Source: Macrostomum lignano
Lineage: Eukaryota
Direction of reading: 5' to 3'
Assembly (NCBI GenBank): GCA_002269645.1
Contig: NIVC01003316.1
Span: 1 to 64,000, forward strand
Length of the DNA: 64,000 nt
The notes beneath the pieces were generated by a model. The model did not search any database and was not told the origin of the DNA. It saw nothing but the letters and a program-made list of their open reading frames with translations. Position 1 is the first letter of the stretch; every line of letters starts with the position of its first letter. Both the position numbers and the translations under genes were made by a program. Positions 13,621 to 30,960 of the stretch are shown here, in pieces.

Positions 13621-14628
13621 CATCCATTATCTACCTGTCTCTTGTCTATCTTTTAAGTCTATCCCACATTCCCCTCAAAGCCTTAAAATGCTGCATTACT
13701 CGTAACTGCCTAAAGTCCATCTGCCTTCGCAATTCTGATGTTCAACTTCTAAAATTTTGAACAATATTTTAGTAGGATTTCCTTACCAGAGAAGCTGACA
13801 AACTTCATCGCGATGTTGTCAAGTTGACAAAAAACCTTTGGATTGGACTTCGATGATGCTTAGGAAGTTTTGAATGCTTTTTACTGTTATGTTTATATTT
13901 TTTTTAATTGCAGATAGCTTTCTTCAGACAGCCATTCGAGCAGGAAGGTGAAGTCTCTGATTAGCAAGGATGCTTTCAGTGAAATATTTTCCCTTAGTGG
14001 TTCTTCTCCGCTAAACTGTCTCTCGGGATAAGCAAACTTGAAAGCTTGGAGGGGTCGGTGGTCCCTTCTAAAACGGATGGCCAAGCCAATCCTGGGCTTC
14101 GGCAATTAGCTCACACTGCAGCCAGCCAATGAGAGGCCGAGGCGAGACCAAGTGGACAGAAAAACGACCACAGACAGGGGAATTCCGCTCTGGTTGGCTT
14201 TGGGGGAATCTCCAATCTATTTTTAGACTCGCTATAGAATATCATTGAGGCATTATAGCAAAGCAGACTGACTGACTCCCGGTTGCATCATCACAAGCGT
14301 GCAATAACTCGATGCGATACAAATCGCTGCAAACACGATACAAACACGGCTGGGCCTTCACTGTGTTTGACGCGGCAGAATTTTAACTTCACTGTCTGTA
14401 GCTCACAAGCCCGTATCATGTATCACTTCCTGCCTATTCCAGGCATAGAAAAATGCCACTGCCCTGTCACAGCGCCCACAAGCACAGGGCGAAATAAGTC
14501 TCTGCGACCGCGTCTGCCAATTTTCCCGTCAATATTTTAGGGAGTTGAAAGGCGAAACTGCGTTGGTACGAGACTGGGCAAACATTGTGAAATCGGGAAT
14601 TCGAATGCAATGGCCCGTTTGCTCTGGC

Positions 14629-14685
<57 letters not shown>

Positions 14686-14841
14686 TTTTTGTGTTTGACT
14701 GTCTTAGAATCTGTCTGTCTGACTGCCTGTCTTAGTGTCTGTCTGTCTTAGTATCTATCTGTCTTATCTATCTGTCTGTCTGTCTGTCTGTCTGTCTTTC
14801 TTAGTGTCTGACTGTCTGTCTTAGTGTCTGTCTGTCTTTCT

Positions 14842-14875
<34 letters not shown>

Positions 14876-14900
14876 CTGTCTGTCTTAGTATCTGTCTGTC
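14629..14900. repeat. (CTGT)n microsatellite with TTAGTG variants
   Basis: Direct tandem repetition. Confidence 0.92.
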
Positions 14901-15289
14901 TTAATGTCATGACCTAGTTTCTTTCTCAGTGTCTGCCTTACTGCCTTTCTATCCCGAGCCTGTCCCTGCGCCCACTCCCCCCCCTCGCCACCCGAACGCA
15001 CAGCCCAGGGCCGGTGCCCGGAACCATCAGCCTCAGCCTCGGCTGCAACTTAATTCAATTAGCAACCGGAACGAGGCAGCTCCGCTCCACTTCGCGGCCA
15101 AAGGAGGAGCCAAACTTGGGCTTCTACTCACAGAAGCGGCACGCCTGCAGTTCACATATAAAAATACTTTGCAGAGATGATTTGCTGCTCCGTATTCTTC
15201 TGGGAGGAGAAGTTCAGAATGCAGCCGCTGCCAAGTTCAGGGCGATGGTCACCACCAGTGTGTGCTGTTTTGGAACTGACTGGTATGGA

Positions 15290-16160
<871 letters not shown>

Positions 16161-16820
16161 TCTACCTTGGGCAGACGGAGAACAAGACACACCATGACAC
16201 CAAGATGCATAATAGGACACAAACCAAGACAGACACTATGACAGGCACTGAAACAGACACTAAGACACATGTACAGACACTAATACAGGTATAAACTAAC
16301 ACTGAGACACCAAGGCAGCAAGTTAAAAAAAGTCTATACGCTCGAAGTTGTAAATCACGCAGCGTTTAATATTCGGTAATAAAAATATGCGCATAAAAGT
16401 TTTGCATCCTTATTCCCAGCTTCACCAGCTGACTGACAGAACCGGGCCTGAGATGCAGCTCGTATTTAAGACCCGGTGACTCAGAGGCATCCCCTTCCCC
16501 CCCCCCCCCGAAGTCGGTTGCCCACTTGCTCACGCGCGAGTCAGTTTGCGAGCCATTAAACCGCTATGGCTTGGCTATAAACTATTGAAATGGGCTGCCA
16601 CTTGAGCCTGGCTCCATTGGAAACCTTGCTGTTGGAGGTCTCTAGATTGGGAAACTGTTTGCAGACAAATATATGCAGATTGGGGAGCGGCAAATTCATT
16701 TCTGAGGAATCTGTGCACTGGCTGAATTGAGCTCAAATATCCGGCCTGCCAAGCTTATCAGTGCAACTGTGCTCAGCTGCTCCCTGTAGCATACTGCCAC
16801 TTGTGGGCTGCTGGGTATTA

Positions 16821-18242
<1,422 letters not shown>

Positions 18243-19390
18243 TAGTGCAGCATGCAGAGTCCAATATCTCGGCAGCAGAGGTGCAATCTGTCCTCAGGAG
18301 TTCCCTCAAACAGTCCTTTTTTACAGCCCCTGCTGTCCCGAGACGCTCCGGGCAGAGCTGGAGGGGGGGGGGCATCGCACGGGAGTCCCAGCCGTCTGCA
18401 TATTTGCACAGCGCCAGCCCGGCAGATTGCCATCGAATCCTGCGGTCGCTGCGGGAGTGCAGCTGAGACTGATAGCGCAGTTTGCAGGCTTTGCAGGCCA
18501 TCTGATGGCGCGGCCTTGATTTTTTCGCGTGGAGAAATTTAAACTTTTTGCGGCTTTGAAAGGTGCGACGTCACGAAGTTGATGCAGCGTCAGCAATGCC
18601 TGGGGGGCTCTTGATGCCAATAAACAAAAACTTCGATATCCGTAAACTCAAAGTTTAATATAATCATAACCAGAAATATCAATACCCAAAAACGCAATAT
18701 TTAATACTCATACGAACTATAGTCAATGATTAATACCCATAAACAGAAACTTTCACACCAATAAATATGAAATTCGGCACCCATAAACACAAACATTGTT
18801 AACAGTCGCACAAAATATAAATCAATGAACACATATTAAGGCAATCATAAATACACACTTTACCCCCCACAATGCATCAGTTTTAACCCCAATTAGCAAG
18901 AATGGGTCCAGAAGATTTTCCCCTGTAAACCATTTAATCCCGCGCACTGATTCGGCACCACCGGCAGCAGCAGCCAGGGCAGACAGATAATCCCTCTCGC
19001 TAATCCCCGCCCAACTCGGCCACTTAGTTCCAGCACTGCTGCCACTGACGCGATTTTGGAATGAAAAATTGAGAAGAATTAAGAAGAAGCATCTTGAGCT
19101 CAGCAGCCAAGAGGCTTCCTGCCGAGGGATTTTCTGCCGAGGGATTTTCTGCCGAGGGACGCTGTGGTTGCCCACCTCCACAGGGGCTCAGGGCCACGCC
19201 ATCATTGCCCAGACTCTCTGCCTCTCTTCAGTTCAAGACGTCTCACCGTTACATCACTTGCCCGGCCATCGCACACCCTCCGCCCACTTCACAGCCCGCT
19301 TCCTGACTGCCGGGCCTGAGCTGACCGCTGCTTCTGGGAGAGACATGGGGAGGCTGCTGAGGGAGGGGCAGTGAGAGTGACTGCTGGCTG

Positions 19391-19741
<351 letters not shown>

Positions 19742-20324
19742 AACAAAAAACAACTCCTCTATTTTACCCCCCACAGTTTGGAGGCCCAACACACCAACTA
19801 CCACAAGTGAAACGACACGGGTTACCCATTGTGCCACATTCTAATTGTGTAGGCCGGCACAGTGGGGCCCCGGACACCAGCAAGCCCTCCAAGTGCCGGC
19901 GGAGCTGTTTGCTTCGGCCAAGGTCTCTATTCTCAGTAGCTGAGGCCGAGCACCCCCGAGGCGCTAATTTAGTCGAGCAGTTGTTGTCATGGCGGGGCGC
20001 CTCGAAGCCAGAAGGCCGCTCCCCATTGTCCCGTGCCGTGAGAACGCCGAACGGGGCGTCCGCCGTCTTGCTTTTGTTTGACAAAGCGGCGAACAAAGTT
20101 TTGCTTGCCAAAGAGTTTTTTCTTTTTCAAAAGAGTCGCATATGGCGGACTGTGGTAGAAGGTTGAGCTCTGCAAACCAAGCATGTAATTTCATTAATTT
20201 CATAGTTGGGCCATAAGGAACCGGGCCATTAGGCCATTTAGTGGGCCAACGATTTAAATTTGACTGCAGATGTATTGTGGCTTGCGGGTGGATGGTCGCA
20301 ACTGCAAATAGGAGAGAGGATGAA

Positions 20325-20690
20325 TAGAAGGGCAGAGAAGAGGGGGGAGGAAGGTGGGAGGAGGGGGAGTGGAGGGGAAGAGGAGGGGGAGAGCAAGGTT
20401 CGAGGAGGGGGAGAGCAACGTGGGAGGAGGGGAGAGGAGGGGAAGAGGAGGGGGAGAGCAACGTGGGAGGAGGGGAGAGGAAGGTGAGAGGAGGAAGAGA
20501 GTAGGAGGAAAGGAGGGGAAGAGGAAGGTGAGAGGAGGGGGAGAGTAGGAGGACAGGAGGGGAAGAGGAAGGTGAGAGGAGGGGGAGAGTAGGAGGAGAG
20601 GAGGGGGAGAGGAAGGTGAGAGAGAGGGTGAGAGGAAGTGGAAGAAAAGGGAGATAAGAGGAACTGGGTGAGAGACGAGGATGAGAGGGG
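20325..20690. repeat. GA-rich low-complexity array
   Basis: GAGGAGGGGGAGAG-like units. Confidence 0.85.
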
Positions 20691-21209
20691 AGTGAAAACA
20701 ATAGAGATCTTAAGGATTAAAAATCTGGTCCCAAAAAAGAGGAGAATGTCGAGTGAGCGGACAAATTGGAGCAATGCTCAAAGTTGTAGGCAATCTGAAT
20801 TAGTTAGTACAAAGAAGGTCAAACCAATAAAAAAGCGACTGCGACAAGCAGCATCGAAAGCAGTAAGACCTCAATCAGAATTATTGTTGTAGGTATGAAA
20901 AAGCGTTGTAGGATAAGAATGCAGAGCAGATGGGATATTTGGACAACAGGATCCCAGCTGCAGGACAAGCTGGTTTTTGAAAGAAAAAAGTTCTGAAATG
21001 ACTGGCACTGCTGCCGTGAATTCCAACGACCCTTCGACCCGACCTTTTTGCAACAAAGAAGCCACGGGATCCCTTCATTTTGTCACAGTGCTGAGCCAAG
21101 GACGCCTAAAACCAGAACCTGGATTGTGAAACTTCAAAATAGAAAATAAATCTTCACAGGATGGCTGTGGGCAACCTGAGTACAGTAACAACCAACGGTA
21201 AAGGCGTCT

Positions 21210-21850
21210 CACTGACACTGAGACAGACACTGAGACAGACACTGAGACAGACACTGAGACAGACACTAAGACAGACACTAAGACAGACACTGAGACAGAC
21301 ACTGAGACAGACGCTAAGACAGACAATAAGACAGACACTAAGACAGACACTAAGACAGACACTGAGACAGACACTGAGACAGACACTAAGACAGACACTG
21401 AGACAGACACTAAGACAGACACTAAGACAGACACTAAGACAGACACTGAGACAGACACTGAGACAGACACTGAGACAGACACTGAGACAGACACTAAGAC
21501 AGACACTAAGACAGACACTGAGACAGACACTGAGACAGACGCTAAGACAGACAATAAGGCAGACGCTAAGACAGACACTGAGACAGACACTAAGGCAGAC
21601 ACTAAGACAGACACTGAGACAGACACTGAGACAGACATTAAGACAGACACTAAGACAGACACTGAGACAGACACTGAGACAGACAATAAGACAGACACTG
21701 AGACAGACAATAAGACAGACACTAAGACAGACACTAAGACAGACAGACAATAAGACAGACACTACCAGTAAGACAGACACTGAGACAGACAATAAGACAG
21801 ACTCTAGGACAGACACTAAGACAGACACTAAGACAGACACTGAGACAGAT
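21210..21850. repeat. 12-bp minisatellite (AGACAGACACT[G/A])n
   Basis: Direct tandem repetition. Confidence 0.95.
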
Positions 21851-23044
21851 ACTAACACAGACAATTCCATTTCAATGCAAATGAATTCCTACATTACTTA
21901 CATACACAGCTATTGCACACAACTTTAGTGCTAGGGTTAGGAAATTTTCCCAGGAACTTGGCCTCTAGAAAAATTACATGATCTTTGAGCTTCACGTCCT
22001 GTTATACTACAATGCGATCCTCGCATCTTAATTCTCCATGTATGCCTCGCCAAGTTGACCTCTGCAAAGGCAATCTGTCAGGCGGCTGGCATTCCTGGCG
22101 TTCTTGTTGTTTCCCACACCCAGTCAGTGGCAGATTTTAAAGAGAATTTTTTGCTTTGCAACATCGCCTCCACTGGTAAGTCCTCCGTGAGAGACCTTAA
22201 TAGACGCGACCGGCAGGACTAATTAGAGTATTGGTGGGACCTTAGCTGTGACTCATCTCTGAGAGATTTCGCATGGGACAAAACACTTGTCCAATACAGC
22301 AGCCGCTCCAAGCCGCTCGGTCTCTGAGCTGACTGGCTGCTGCTAAATGCAATATTTCTAGACAAGAGGTCCTCAGCTCTCCACTGCTCAATGAAGTCAC
22401 AAAGCCTAACATATCGAGCTTGTAGTTAGGTGTGCCTGGAGCAGAGCGTGGCTTTGAGAGTTCGCACCCAGACCGAAACTAGCAAATCCCAATTACCGTA
22501 CCAGTCAGTGGCCAGGGATTTTTATCCCCTTCCTCTCACACTGCCTCCCCCCCCCCCCTATCGAGCTCTCGAGCGCTTCCGTCGAACACACAGAGCAGCT
22601 TGGAAAAGATTGCCAATTCCCAAGGCGGCAACCCTCGATTTACTCCCCATCGCCCCCCCATCCTCCCTGATCCCAACCACACTTGCGGCCGAGAAGTCGT
22701 GTGAGAGCGAGAGAGAGAGAGCGAGAGTGACTCCCAGAGCTGCGTATTTGGCGGCCGTGACTGCGGATTCGAAGGGATTTGGCTTCGGCTCAGAGGCTGG
22801 ACTGAGTGACGTAATCCTTGGTTGGTAGCAGGCCTTTTTTGTCTCGGATTTGGGCGAAGCAGATCAGGCAGCGGCAGCAGCAATAAGCCTTCCTTTGCAC
22901 TGCTTTTATTACATTCCATTTCTGATTATCGCTTGCTCAATCCTCCCGCCCTCTCGCTTCCCCTGACTCGAGTCAACTCTTATAGTGTGTAAATTATTCC
23001 CAATATATTATTATGAGACTGTTTACTCCCTGACGCACTCATCT

Positions 23045-23590
23045 TGTCACCCCTCCCTCTCATCCCACCATCTCACCCCTTCCTCTCATCCCTCTCATAC
23101 CTACCTCTCATCCCTACCTCTCATCCCACTATCTCACCCCTTCCTCTCATCCCTCTCATCCCACCATCTCATCCCTTCCTCTCATACCTCTCATCCCACC
23201 ATCTCATCCCTTCCTCTCATCCCTCTCATACCTACCTCTCATCCCTACCTCTCATCCCACTATCTCACCCCTTCCTCTCATCCCTCTCATCCCACCATCT
23301 CATCCCTTCCTCTCATCCCTCTCATCCCACCATCTCAGCCCTCCCTCTCATCCCTCTCATCCCACTATCTCATCCCTTCCTCTCATCTCTCTCATCCCAC
23401 TATCCCTTGCTCTCACCCCTCTCATCCCACCATCTCATCCCTTCCTCTCAACCCTCTCATCCCACCATCTCATCCCTTCCTCTCATCCCTCTCATCCCAC
23501 CATCTCATCATTTCCTCTCAACCCTCTCATCCCACCATCTCATCCCTTCCTATCATCCCTCTCATCCCACCATCTCATCCCTTCCTCTCA
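23045..23590. repeat. (CCTCTCATCCC)-type pyrimidine-rich array
   Basis: Direct tandem repetition. Confidence 0.9.
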
Positions 23591-24417
23591 TCCCCCGTCT
23601 AACCGATCCCTCTCACTTCTCCCTTCATCCCTCTCTCTCAGACCCAAGCCTCGCCCACTGCCTCTCAACTTCTGTTTACCCACCGAACTCACTGTGCTTA
23701 CCTGAGTGCCCGCAGTCGCAGGATTCGCTGCCGTCTCCCCTGGCGCCCGCTCAGCTCTTGAATAATTTTCCCATCAGGACTCAGCAGCAACAGGGGGTCA
23801 TTTGAGAGGCTGAGGTCTTCAGCCTTCCCTCTGCCCTTTCATTTGGCTCGTTCCAGGGCAGCCTCCGTCCTGCACTAATAAAGGGTCTCAGGGCATCTGT
23901 GCTTTCCCTGTGTCATGCCTTCCGCTTCCTCTCAGAGATGCTAATCCTGATGAAGTTTCTAGGGGCAATTCTAACACTATAGAGATACGTGAAAACGATT
24001 TGACAATTAGACTGGCAAAAAAATCTTTAACAGCCGAGCTGTCAATCAATCACTTTGGAGAGCTTAATCACGGCCACGGATCGGTTCGGGAGGAAATATT
24101 TAATAACGAGTTGAGCTCTCCATGATAGGTGCTCCCCTGTGCTCAAGTGGACCTGTGGAGAGCAGAGGGGGTGGGCGAGTTTCCCCAATCTCCGCTGTGT
24201 TGACCTTCTCCAGAGCTGGAGTAGCCTGGAATTCGTTCACGTGACTGGTATTATTGCTCAATCAATACTTGAGCTCACTCGAGACAGACGGATCAGTCTG
24301 CTCACAGGAATATGGCTGAGAGTCCATGCTAGTTTAAATAGGGACTGAAGTAAGCATATTGCTGGCCTGGACTTCGAGAGAGATGATCAGTTATATAGAT
24401 GGGTAGGCAGAGACATG

Positions 24418-24768
<351 letters not shown>

Positions 24769-25117
24769 TAGGAAATCTGGCGGCAGGGGATTAAAGTGTC
24801 TCTAATATTGCCCCGATCATAAATCGAATGTGTGTGCAGTGGCACCCACTGCAGTCGGGGCGTTGACAGCGGATCCCTTATTGAAGCGGTCAGCCAAGCG
24901 GAATGGACTGTCAAGTTTCCGCAGAGATCCATGACGTCATCAAATTGCCAATAGAATCCGATGATCTTGAGCTGCTAAATGAGTATAGCCAGTCGCGTTA
25001 CTTCAAGCAGAATGGTAAATACTGGCAGAGGGTGATGAACAGGGCTGTCTGGCCTAAAGACTGCTGACGCCTCAAAACATTCTCATTTTCAAAAATTTGT
25101 TATATTTTTTGATGGTT

Positions 25118-25878
25118 CAAAGCTTCTCCAGATTGCTCAAAGCTTCCTCAGCTTCTTCATCTTGCTCAAAGCTTCTTCATCTTGCCCATAGCTTCTTCAG
25201 ATTGCTCAAAGCTTCTTCAGATTGCTCAAAGCTTCTTCAAATTGCTCAAAGCTTCTTCTAATTGCTCAAAGCTTCTTCCAATTGCTCAAAGCTTCTTCCA
25301 ATTGCTCAAAGCTTCTTCAGATTGCTCAAAGCTTCTTCCAATTGCTCAAAGCTTCTTCAGATTGCTCAAAGCTTCTTCCAATTGCTCAAAGCTTCTTCAG
25401 ATTGCTCAAAGCTTCTTCAGATTGCTCAAAGCTTCTTCAGATTGCTCAAAGCTTCTTCCAATTGCTCAAAGCTTTTTCAGATTGCTCAAAGCTTCTTCAG
25501 ATTGCTCAAAGCTTCTTCAGATTGCTCAAAGCTTCTTCAGATTGCTCAAAGCTTCTTCAGATTGCTCAAAGCTTCTTCTAATTGCTCAAAGCTTCTTCAG
25601 ATTGCTCAAAGCTTCTTCCAATTGCTCAAAGCTTCTTCCAATTGCTCAAAGCTTCTTCCAATTGCTCAAAGCTTCTTCAGATTGCTCAAAGCTTCTTCAG
25701 ATTGCTCAAAGCTTCTTCTAATTGCTCAAAGCTTCTTCAGATTGCTCAAAGCTTCTTCAGATTGCTCATAGCTTCTTCAGATTGTTCAAAGCTGCTTCAG
25801 GTGCCTCAAAGCTGCTTCAGGTGCCTCAAAGCTGCTTCAGGTGCCTCAAAGCTGCTTCAGGTGCCTCAAAGCTTCAGA
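25118..25878. repeat. 20-bp minisatellite (ATTGCTCAAAGCTTCTTCAG)n
   Basis: About 37 copies. Confidence 0.96.
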
Positions 25879-26569
25879 TGACTGCCAGAAAGCATAATAT
25901 TATGTTTTAAAGAAACTGAGACCCTGATTCGGTCTGAGCACACAGACTGCAGCCAAATGATCTTTGAGAGTCACTCTCCGACCTGCTGCTCAAACATCGC
26001 TGGTTTTGGTTCAGTCCCAAGAACGCTTTTAGGCTTTAGTTAACCTGCCCTACCTCTGTTTCACTGACTTAAAAAATGAGCCCACCCCCAGATCAAACAG
26101 ATCAAAAAACGGGAAATTGTTCCCTACTACAGCGATCAGACAAGGATAAATATATTCCCACAACATCAAGGTTCGTACCTGGCTCTCCCCCAGTGACTCA
26201 GTGTCATGTCAATTCGTTCCTGTCCGAAACAGCTTTATATCAGGGTCAGGTCTCGGGGGAAAGGTTGATTGGGGAACTCGTGTTTACCCAGGATTTTCCA
26301 GCGTAGAAGGAAGGCTTGAGGTGGGGATTCAAATCCCAGGACTTTCGCTTTGTGCTGAGTGAGCGTTATTTTTCAGCAGGGGGGGGGACAAAAAGTGAAC
26401 TTAAAAATGTTTTGAATTTCTTGTCGGGGAAAAAATCCCACAAGAGCGGAATAGATTTATGGCGTCTGGGAACTGGGACCCGCTCCGGCAACTGCATTAT
26501 TATAAGGAATTTGCAACAATGCTAGAGTAGTCATGATGGGTAAGTGCTGGAATACTAGTATGAGCGCGC

Positions 26570-26945
26570 ACGCTTTATTCAAACTTATTCTCTGCGCGCT
26601 TATTCTCTGCGCGCTTAATTTCTGTGCACTTATTCCCTGCGCGCTTATTATCTACGCGCTTATTCTATGTGCGCTTTGTCCCTGCGCGCTTATTCTCTGC
26701 ACGCTTATTCTCTGTGCGCTTATTCCCTGCACGCTTTTTCACTGCGCGCTTATTCTCTGCGCGCTTATTCTCTGCGCGCTTATTCTCTGCACGCTTATTC
26801 TCTGCGAGCTTATTCTCTGCGCGCTTGTTCTCTGCACGCTTATTCTCTGCGCGCTTATTTTCTGCGCGCTTTTTCACTGCGCGCTTATTCTTTGCGCGCT
26901 TTTTTTACGCTCTTGTTTATTTTCACGCTTATTCCTTGATGCGCT
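26570..26945. repeat. 15-bp minisatellite (GCGCTTATTCTCTGC)n
   Basis: Direct tandem repetition. Confidence 0.94.
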
Positions 26946-27621
26946 TATTTCCGTAGCGCCTTGAATCTAGAATAATCTGTACTCCAGTCTACCAGGGTAT
27001 AATATATCGCAGTTCTGATAACCCAAGCCTAAACCCCACAATGCTTATCTCAAACGCATTCCAAAGCGGATCAATCAATCTATATAATTGTCTTCAAGCG
27101 GGCACATTTGAGCAGGCAAACAAAAGCGAGGACTCCTGGCTCAGTTTTCAGAACGTGACACAATAAATGAGTTTGGGGATTAAGACAGTTCTGGTCAAGT
27201 GTTGATCCGGCAGGCAGCAAATCCCCTGAACTGCTGTTGTTGGGACCTTCTGTTATCATTATAGCCGATCAGCTGACAAAACTCCGAGCTCAGGTCCTTT
27301 GTGCTTTCGGAATTTCCAGACCAACACCCTGCAGTCTGTCCGCCACACCTGGATGCGAGCGGGGTGACTAATTCCGCCAACAATTTCTTCTTCTTCTGCA
27401 AATTTAAAAAAGCAACAGACCGAAAGCTGAAAGAAAAACAGAAAGTGAAAAAAAGGAGACTAAAATTTTGCTTTCGGAAACTTGTGGGAGGTGCGGGCTC
27501 CAGTTCCAGCTTCAGCATTCTAAAATCAGAGAGAGCAGAAACAGCACCAACATATTATAAGCTTCTTTAGCGCGCTGCTTCCACTGCCTTGAACATGATT
27601 GCCGATTGGCAAACTATCTAT

Positions 27622-28200
27622 ACTGACACTTCCCCTACTGACACTTCCCCGTCCTGACACTTCTCAGCCCCTGCACTTCCCAGTCATGACACTTCTCAGC
27701 CCCTGGCACTTCCCAGTCATGACACTTCTCAGCCCCTGACACTTCCCAGTCCTGACACTTCTCAGCCCCTGACACTTCCTAGTCCAGTCCTGACACTTCT
27801 CAGCCCCTGGCACTTCCCAGTCCTGACACTTCTCAGCCCCTGGCACTTCCCAGTCCTGACACTTCTCAGCCCCTGGCATTTCCCAGTCATGACACTTCTC
27901 AGCCCCTGACACTTCCCAGTCCTGACACTTCTCAGCCCCTGACACTTCCTAGTCCAGTCCTGACACTTCTCAGCCCCTGGCACTTCCCAGTCCTGACACT
28001 TCTCAGCCCCTGGCACTTCCCAGTCATGACACTTCTCAGCCCCTGGCACTTCCCAGTCCTGACACTTCTCAGCCCCTGGCACTTCCCAGTCCTGACACTT
28101 CTCAGCCCCTGGCACTTCCCAGTCCTGACACTTCTCAGCCCCTGGCACTTCCCAGTCCTGACACTTCCCAGTCCTGACACTTCCCAGTCCTGACACTTCG
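27622..28200. repeat. 33-bp minisatellite (CTGACACTTCTCAGCCCCTGGCACTTCCCAGTC)n
   Basis: Direct tandem repetition with 15-18 bp subunits. Confidence 0.94.
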
Positions 28201-29154
28201 GAGCCCCTGAAACCTCCCTGCGCTACTGCTCACTACTGCTCCACACGCATCCGCTGACCATCAGCTGGATGAAGCAGCCAAAAGAATGGCAATAAATTTC
28301 TGTCTAACCTGTCACTTTCATCCCCACTCATCATCATTAACAGGCCGCACTCTGCAGCTCCCCCTCTCCTAATCCTATCTGTCAGTTCTCTCAAACAAAG
28401 GGCCAAGCCATCCCAGTCGCGTGGACAAGAGGTCGCTGCCCTCTCGGCGTTAATCCAGTTGAGTTTCCAGCAGCCACGCAGCCTCATCAGTCTCTGCTGT
28501 TCGGCATTCTCATCGCCCTGTCACAGACTCAAGTCAAATTTTGGCGAGATAAATAATTCAGAAACAATAGACTGGAGCGATCACGGCACTCAAAAATACC
28601 CTGTCTTCCCAAATCCCCAAAACACAGTGAGGATGAGTACAATGGAATAGTCACAAAATCTCCCCATGATGGGATTCTACTTCGTATACTCAAATCATTG
28701 TCCCCTCGGGTTAGTCCTCACCTACCACGACGACTTCCACACCCCGCGGCAAACTGCGATTGCACTCACTACTGAATCGATGAAGGAAAATGCCCATGGC
28801 AACGAAAATAAGAGATGAAGAGTTTTGCCGATTAATTGACTGATTGATTAGCAGTGTATTTGGCGGCGGAAGTTGGCTAATATGAGAATGTGTCAGCCTG
28901 AGGTGCGCAATTTGCAGTTTTGTTAATTGATTTGCCGACTATTCTTTGATGGCCTGGATGCTGTATTTCTATAGTACTCATCCAGCCATGCTGACAAGTT
29001 GACGCTGGCGCCATCAGAGATGGGGCTGAAATGATTTTTGGTTTGACATGAAAATCTCATTCCTGCTCAGTGCTCATTCATTCCTCTCTTTACTTCTCTT
29101 AGCCTGTCTCATCTCTCTCCCTCCTGTCTCTCTCCCATCTGCTCATGAATCTCC

Positions 29155-29940
29155 CTCTTACCTCTCACCTCTCCTTCTGACCTCTCTCCCCCTCTCCATC
29201 TGACCTCTCTCCCCCTCTCCCTCTGACCTCTCTGCCCCTCTCCCTCTGACCTCTCTCCCCCTCTCCCTCTTACCTCTCTCCCCCTCTCCTTCTGACCTCT
29301 CTCCCCTTCTCCTTCTGACCTCTCTCCCCCTCTCCCTCTGACCTCTCTCCCCCTCTCCCTCTGACCTCTCTCCCCTCCCCCTCTGACCTCTCTCCCCCTC
29401 TCCCTCTGACCTCTCTCCCCCTCTCCTTCTGACCTCTCTCCCCTTCTCCTTCTGACCTCTCTCCCCCTCTCCCTCTGACCTCTCTCCCCCTCTCCCTCTG
29501 ACCTCTCTCCCCCTCTCCCTCTGACCTCTCTCCCCCTCTCCCTCTGACCTCTCTCCCCCTCTCCCTCTGACCTCTCTCCCCCTCTCCCTCTGACCTCTCT
29601 CCCCCTCTCCCTCTGACCTCTCTCCCCCTCTCCCTCTGACCTCTCTCCCCTCTCCCTCTGACCTCTCTCCCCCTCTCCCTCTGACCTCTCTCCCCCTCTC
29701 CCTCTGACCTCTCTCCCCCTCTCCCTCTGACCTCTCTCCCCCTCTCCCTCTGACCTCTCTCCCCCTCTCCCTCTGACCTCTCTCCCCCTCTCCCTCTGAC
29801 CTCTCTCCCCTTCTCCTTCTGACCTCTCTCCCCTTCTCCTTCTGACCTCTCTCCCCTTCTCCTTCTGACCTCTCCCCCTCTCCCTCTGACCTCTCTCCCC
29901 CTCTCCCTCTGACCTCTCTCACCCTCTCCCTCACCTCTCT
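29155..29940. repeat. 23-bp minisatellite (CTCTCCCTCTGACCTCTCTCCCC)n
   Basis: Direct tandem repetition. Confidence 0.94.
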
Positions 29941-30030
29941 CCCCCTAACCTTCCTCTCCCCATCCTCTCTCGTCTTCAATGGAATCGAATCTCTACTTAC
30001 ATCAAAGCGCACAGTCTCCAAGCTTTGCAC

Positions 30031-30465
30031 TCAATTTTCCAGATCCGGTTCGCAGCTGCTGTAAAATCTGTCGAGTTCTTGCAGCACTCTGGTGGAAGTC
30101 GGTCGCTGAGCCGAGTTCAGGGCCAGGCACGGTCTGAACACCCTGTCGCACAGGTCTAGATAGCACCTGTCGCTGATAAGCAGCCCTGCCTGCGGCGACA
30201 GCGGCTGCTGCACTGACGAGTCGCCCAGCAGGCTCAGTCGCAGCTCGGGCTCACCGCCGCCAGAGGCGCGCCGGCCGGTGAACAGCTCCAGCAGGGTGAC
30301 GCCAAGGGCGTACACGTCCACCTTGCAGGACAGGAGCTCGCCAGGTGCGCCTGGCCTGTCCGGTTCTCCCGGCACGAAGTAGCCATTGGTGAAGTAGCGG
30401 ATTCTGGGCTGCGAGGACTGCGGCCTGTCTTCCATCCGCGTGAGGCCCGAGCCTGCGGTGGCCGT
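30031..30465 (-). CDS. IRAK/Pelle-like protein, exon 2: activation segment and C-lobe of kinase domain 2, with stop codon
   Basis: Acceptor ttcctgccccatcAG. Phase-0 join to exon 1 gives DLDSLQ|TATAGSGLTRMEDR...FTNGYFVPGE...KVDVYALGVTLLELFTG...CLALNSAQRPT, then TGA at 30031-30033. Confidence 0.85.
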   Translation of the reverse strand, partial: TATAGSGLTRMEDRPQSSQPRIRYFTNGYFVPGEPDRPGAPGELLSCKVDVYALGVTLLELFTGRRASGGGEPELRLSLLGDSSVQQPLSPQAGLLISDRCYLDLCDRVFRPCLALNSAQRPTSTRVLQELDRFYSSCEPDLEN

Positions 30466-30537
30466 CTGATGGGGCAGGAATGGAGACTGTGATGAGGCTG
30501 CTTAGGGACAATTTGGAATCATTCATCCCTCCTTGTT

Positions 30538-30862
30538 GGCGTTAAACTACAGTGGTCCTTGGCGTTAAACTACAGTGGTCCATGGTGTTAAACTACAGTG
30601 GTCCTTGGCGTTAAACTACAGTGGTCCTTGGCGTTAAACTACAGTGGTCCTTGGCGTTAAACTACAGTGGTCCTTGGCGTTAAACTACAGTGGTCCTTGG
30701 CGTTAAACTACAGTGGTCCTTGGCGTTAAACTACAGTGGTCCTTGGCGTTAAACTACAGTGGTCCTTGGCGTTAAACTACAGTGGTCCTTGGCGTTAAAC
30801 TACAGTGGTCCTTGGCGTTAAACTACAGTGGTCCTTGGCGTTAAACTACAGTGGTCCTTGGC
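30538..30862. repeat. Intronic 23-bp minisatellite (GTTAAACTACAGTGGTCCTTGGC)n
   Basis: About 14 copies inside the kinase-gene intron. Confidence 0.96.
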
Positions 30863-30960
30863 GCGGGAGGAGGAAGGGAGGGAGAGTCTGAGACTGAGAA
30901 CGGAGAGCAGCCCCTACTCAAAGGACGGAGCAGCCTCAACTCAGTTGCCTGAGCAGCCGC

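Noticed and set aside
14177-14186. Single NF-kB consensus GGGGAATTCC
   Set aside because: One 10-mer is expected by chance in 64 kb.
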